32,000 nt of DNA from positions 1,428-33,427 of the forward strand of contig NZ_QLIR01000018.1 in NCBI RefSeq assembly GCF_003428155.1, given 5' to 3'. Under the pieces are notes generated by a model. It saw only the letters and a program-made list of their open reading frames with translations, was not told the origin of the DNA and searched no databases. The DNA comes from Fastidiosibacter lacustris (GTDB lineage: Bacteria; Pseudomonadota; Gammaproteobacteria; Francisellales; Francisellaceae). How positions within the stretch are numbered: position 1 is the first letter of the stretch; each line of letters starts with the position of its first letter. Below are positions 30,609 through 32,000 of the stretch, piece after piece. The translations under genes were made by a program, and so were the position numbers.

Positions 30609-31442
30609 TTATCTTAATTGACTAGCTCTAGTTCCAATATCAAAGAAATCAACTATTTCAGGTGCATCAGCATTAAACATAAATCCTCTAGATTCAGCAG
30701 ATACATGATGCCCCTTATTTTGAGCAAATCTAACTAAGTGTTCTGGTAATTGGCTAGACATTTTAAATAACATTTTAGCAAATTGATCGGGTAGATTATG
30801 ATCATGAGATGGAAATCTTATTGCATCATCTTTAAGCATACTTATATGAATATTAAGTAATAAAACTTGTCCATCTTTCGTAGATATTTGCCGTCATTTA
30901 TCGGCAACACATGATGGATCACCATCATTTGATTCACCATCTGTGAGATGTAATATAGTAGGGGGATATGTGTCTAGATGTATATCGCACCAATTCACTA
31001 ATTCTTCAGCCACTTTAGTTAGACCTGCACACATAGGAGTTCCTCCGGATGCTTCAGGCTCAAACCATACTGGAAAGTGAATTTCTTGTTCAATTATACC
31101 GCCTGCACCATCATCTTCTTTTTTAAGTCTCTTTTCAATTCTAACTGGATTAGCTTCGATCTTTGAAATAGGTTGCATTATTTGATTACCAAGATCACCA
31201 GATAAACCATTTCTAACTTCACCATCACCATAGCCAATAACTCCAACGTGGAAATAATCTCTAGTGCCGTCAGATTTTGTACAACGTGTAATAAGATTCA
31301 TTAATGTTCTGTTTAATGCATCAGAAACAAACTCAGCCTTACTCTTCCCAGAACTCATTTTATCTGTCATTGATAAAGATTGATCAATTAAAAAAATAAA
31401 GGCAGTTGGGTTAGTTCTACTAATTTCTGCTTGATACATCAT
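30609..31442 (-). pseudogene. TerY/YegL-like von Willebrand factor A protein gene, interrupted by an in-frame TGA at 30894-30896
   Basis: MIDAS motifs FLIDQSLSM (DxSxS) and LHLTDGESNDGD. Reading through the TGA in the same frame gives ..DPSCVADK*RQISTKDGQVLLLNIHISMLKDDAIRFPS..LPDQFAKMLFKMSSQLPEHLVRFAQNKGHHVSAESRGFMFNADAPEIVDFFDIGTRASQLR, a family-like C-terminus. Start set to ATG 31442, preceded by GGAGG with a 5-nt spacer (the ORF track extends to 31481). Confidence 0.8.
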
Positions 31443-31472
31443 ATTAACCTCCATATTTATAAGCTGCCATAT

Positions 31473-31501
31473 ATCATACAAAATTTACAATTATTTGTAA
31501 T
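31473..31501 (-). promoter_or_regulatory. candidate promoter of the triad (minus strand: ATTACA - 17 bp - TATGAT)
   Basis: On the minus strand, -10-like TATGAT at 31478-31473 and -35-like ATTACA (4/6) at 31501-31496, spacing 17 bp, about 30 bp upstream of the vWA start codon. Confidence 0.35.
31485..31500. repeat. short inverted repeat TTACAA-TTAT-TTGTAA upstream of the triad
   Basis: Perfect 6-bp arms, 4-bp gap, overlapping the candidate -35/spacer region. Confidence 0.5.
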
Positions 31502-31957
31502 CCTATATTATGCAGTTTGATGTGAATGATTCAAAATCCACAACCGCGATTATGATTTTTTGACTTTTTAAAGTTTGCTGATTTCGACTGTGTAATCTAT
31601 TGTTCTATTATTCTCTTATCATCCATAATTTCTGTTATCTGTGGTGAGTTTTTATGAATATGGTGATCCCAAAATAAACCCTACTTATGTAATAGTGCCA
31701 ATTGTTATCAAAAGTTTATGAAATGAATGTCATATAGTTTAGAACTGAGAAAGCAAAGCGCTTTTATGTCCTTCATTTGTATGAACAAGCCATAACGAGT
31801 GAGTGGTTTAACCAATAGCTTGAAATACGACAAAATTACTTGGTGTTAGCATTGATCAACGTAAAACAACAACTCTTTACAACAAAGCATTACAGCGATA
31901 CTGGAATTTTAAGATACCATCTGTATTTGAGGTAAAGTGAATGTAAGGAAACCTTAG

Positions 31958-32000
31958 ATGATTAAAAGTGTTGTTCTAAAGTATCTTCAAGCGACACTTT
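31958..32000 (+). CDS. possible start of a truncated CDS running off the window
   Basis: ATG at 31958 with an AAGGA-like sequence upstream (gtaaggaaaccttagATG); open for 14 codons (MIKSVVLKYLQATL..) to the window edge. Too short to identify. Confidence 0.25.
   Translation, partial: MIKSVVLKYLQATL

Noticed and set aside
30894-30896. TGA as a selenocysteine codon or genetic-code reassignment
   Set aside because: Other genes in the window (recR, nuoN) end in TGA as a normal stop, and no Sec-type context or SECIS-like hairpin was recognised. A nonsense mutation, sequencing error or leaky readthrough is simpler.
31715-31724. Palindrome AAAGCGCTTT
   Set aside because: A single 10-bp palindrome in an intergenic region with no paired copy, T-run or nearby gene start; likely chance.
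1-32000. Search for CRISPR arrays, tandem repeats, IS elements or integrases
   Set aside because: No regularly spaced direct repeats, transposase-like ORFs or terminal inverted repeats were recognised by reading.

Overview
The window is mostly conserved gammaproteobacterial-type chromosome. From the left it holds a partial tRNA-Ala, a frameshifted type IV pilin-like gene, dnaQ, hemW, a universal stress protein, ybaB, recR, a P-II protein gene, ubiK, comM, a LpxL/HtrB-type acyltransferase, hemE, an NAD-type malic enzyme, glmM, tpiA, secG, tRNA-Leu(GAG) and a complete 14-gene nuoA-N complex I operon (about 13.4-27.9 kb). The accessory part is the right end, about 28.1-32.0 kb. It has a compact, AT-rich, minus-strand three-gene cassette: von Willebrand factor A (TerY/YegL-like), then a PP2C-like phosphatase (YegK-like), then a serine/threonine-like kinase (YegI-like) with a low-complexity tail and a C-terminal transmembrane segment. 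This matches the known TerY-phosphorylation triad (yegL-yegK-yegI-like), so the architecture is not new. Two details deserve follow-up: an in-frame TGA inside the vWA gene with clear family-like sequence on both sides, and the kinase C-terminal module (possible OB-like beta-rich domain, linker, TM anchor). All assignments come from reading the sequence and the supplied ORFs; no database search was run.
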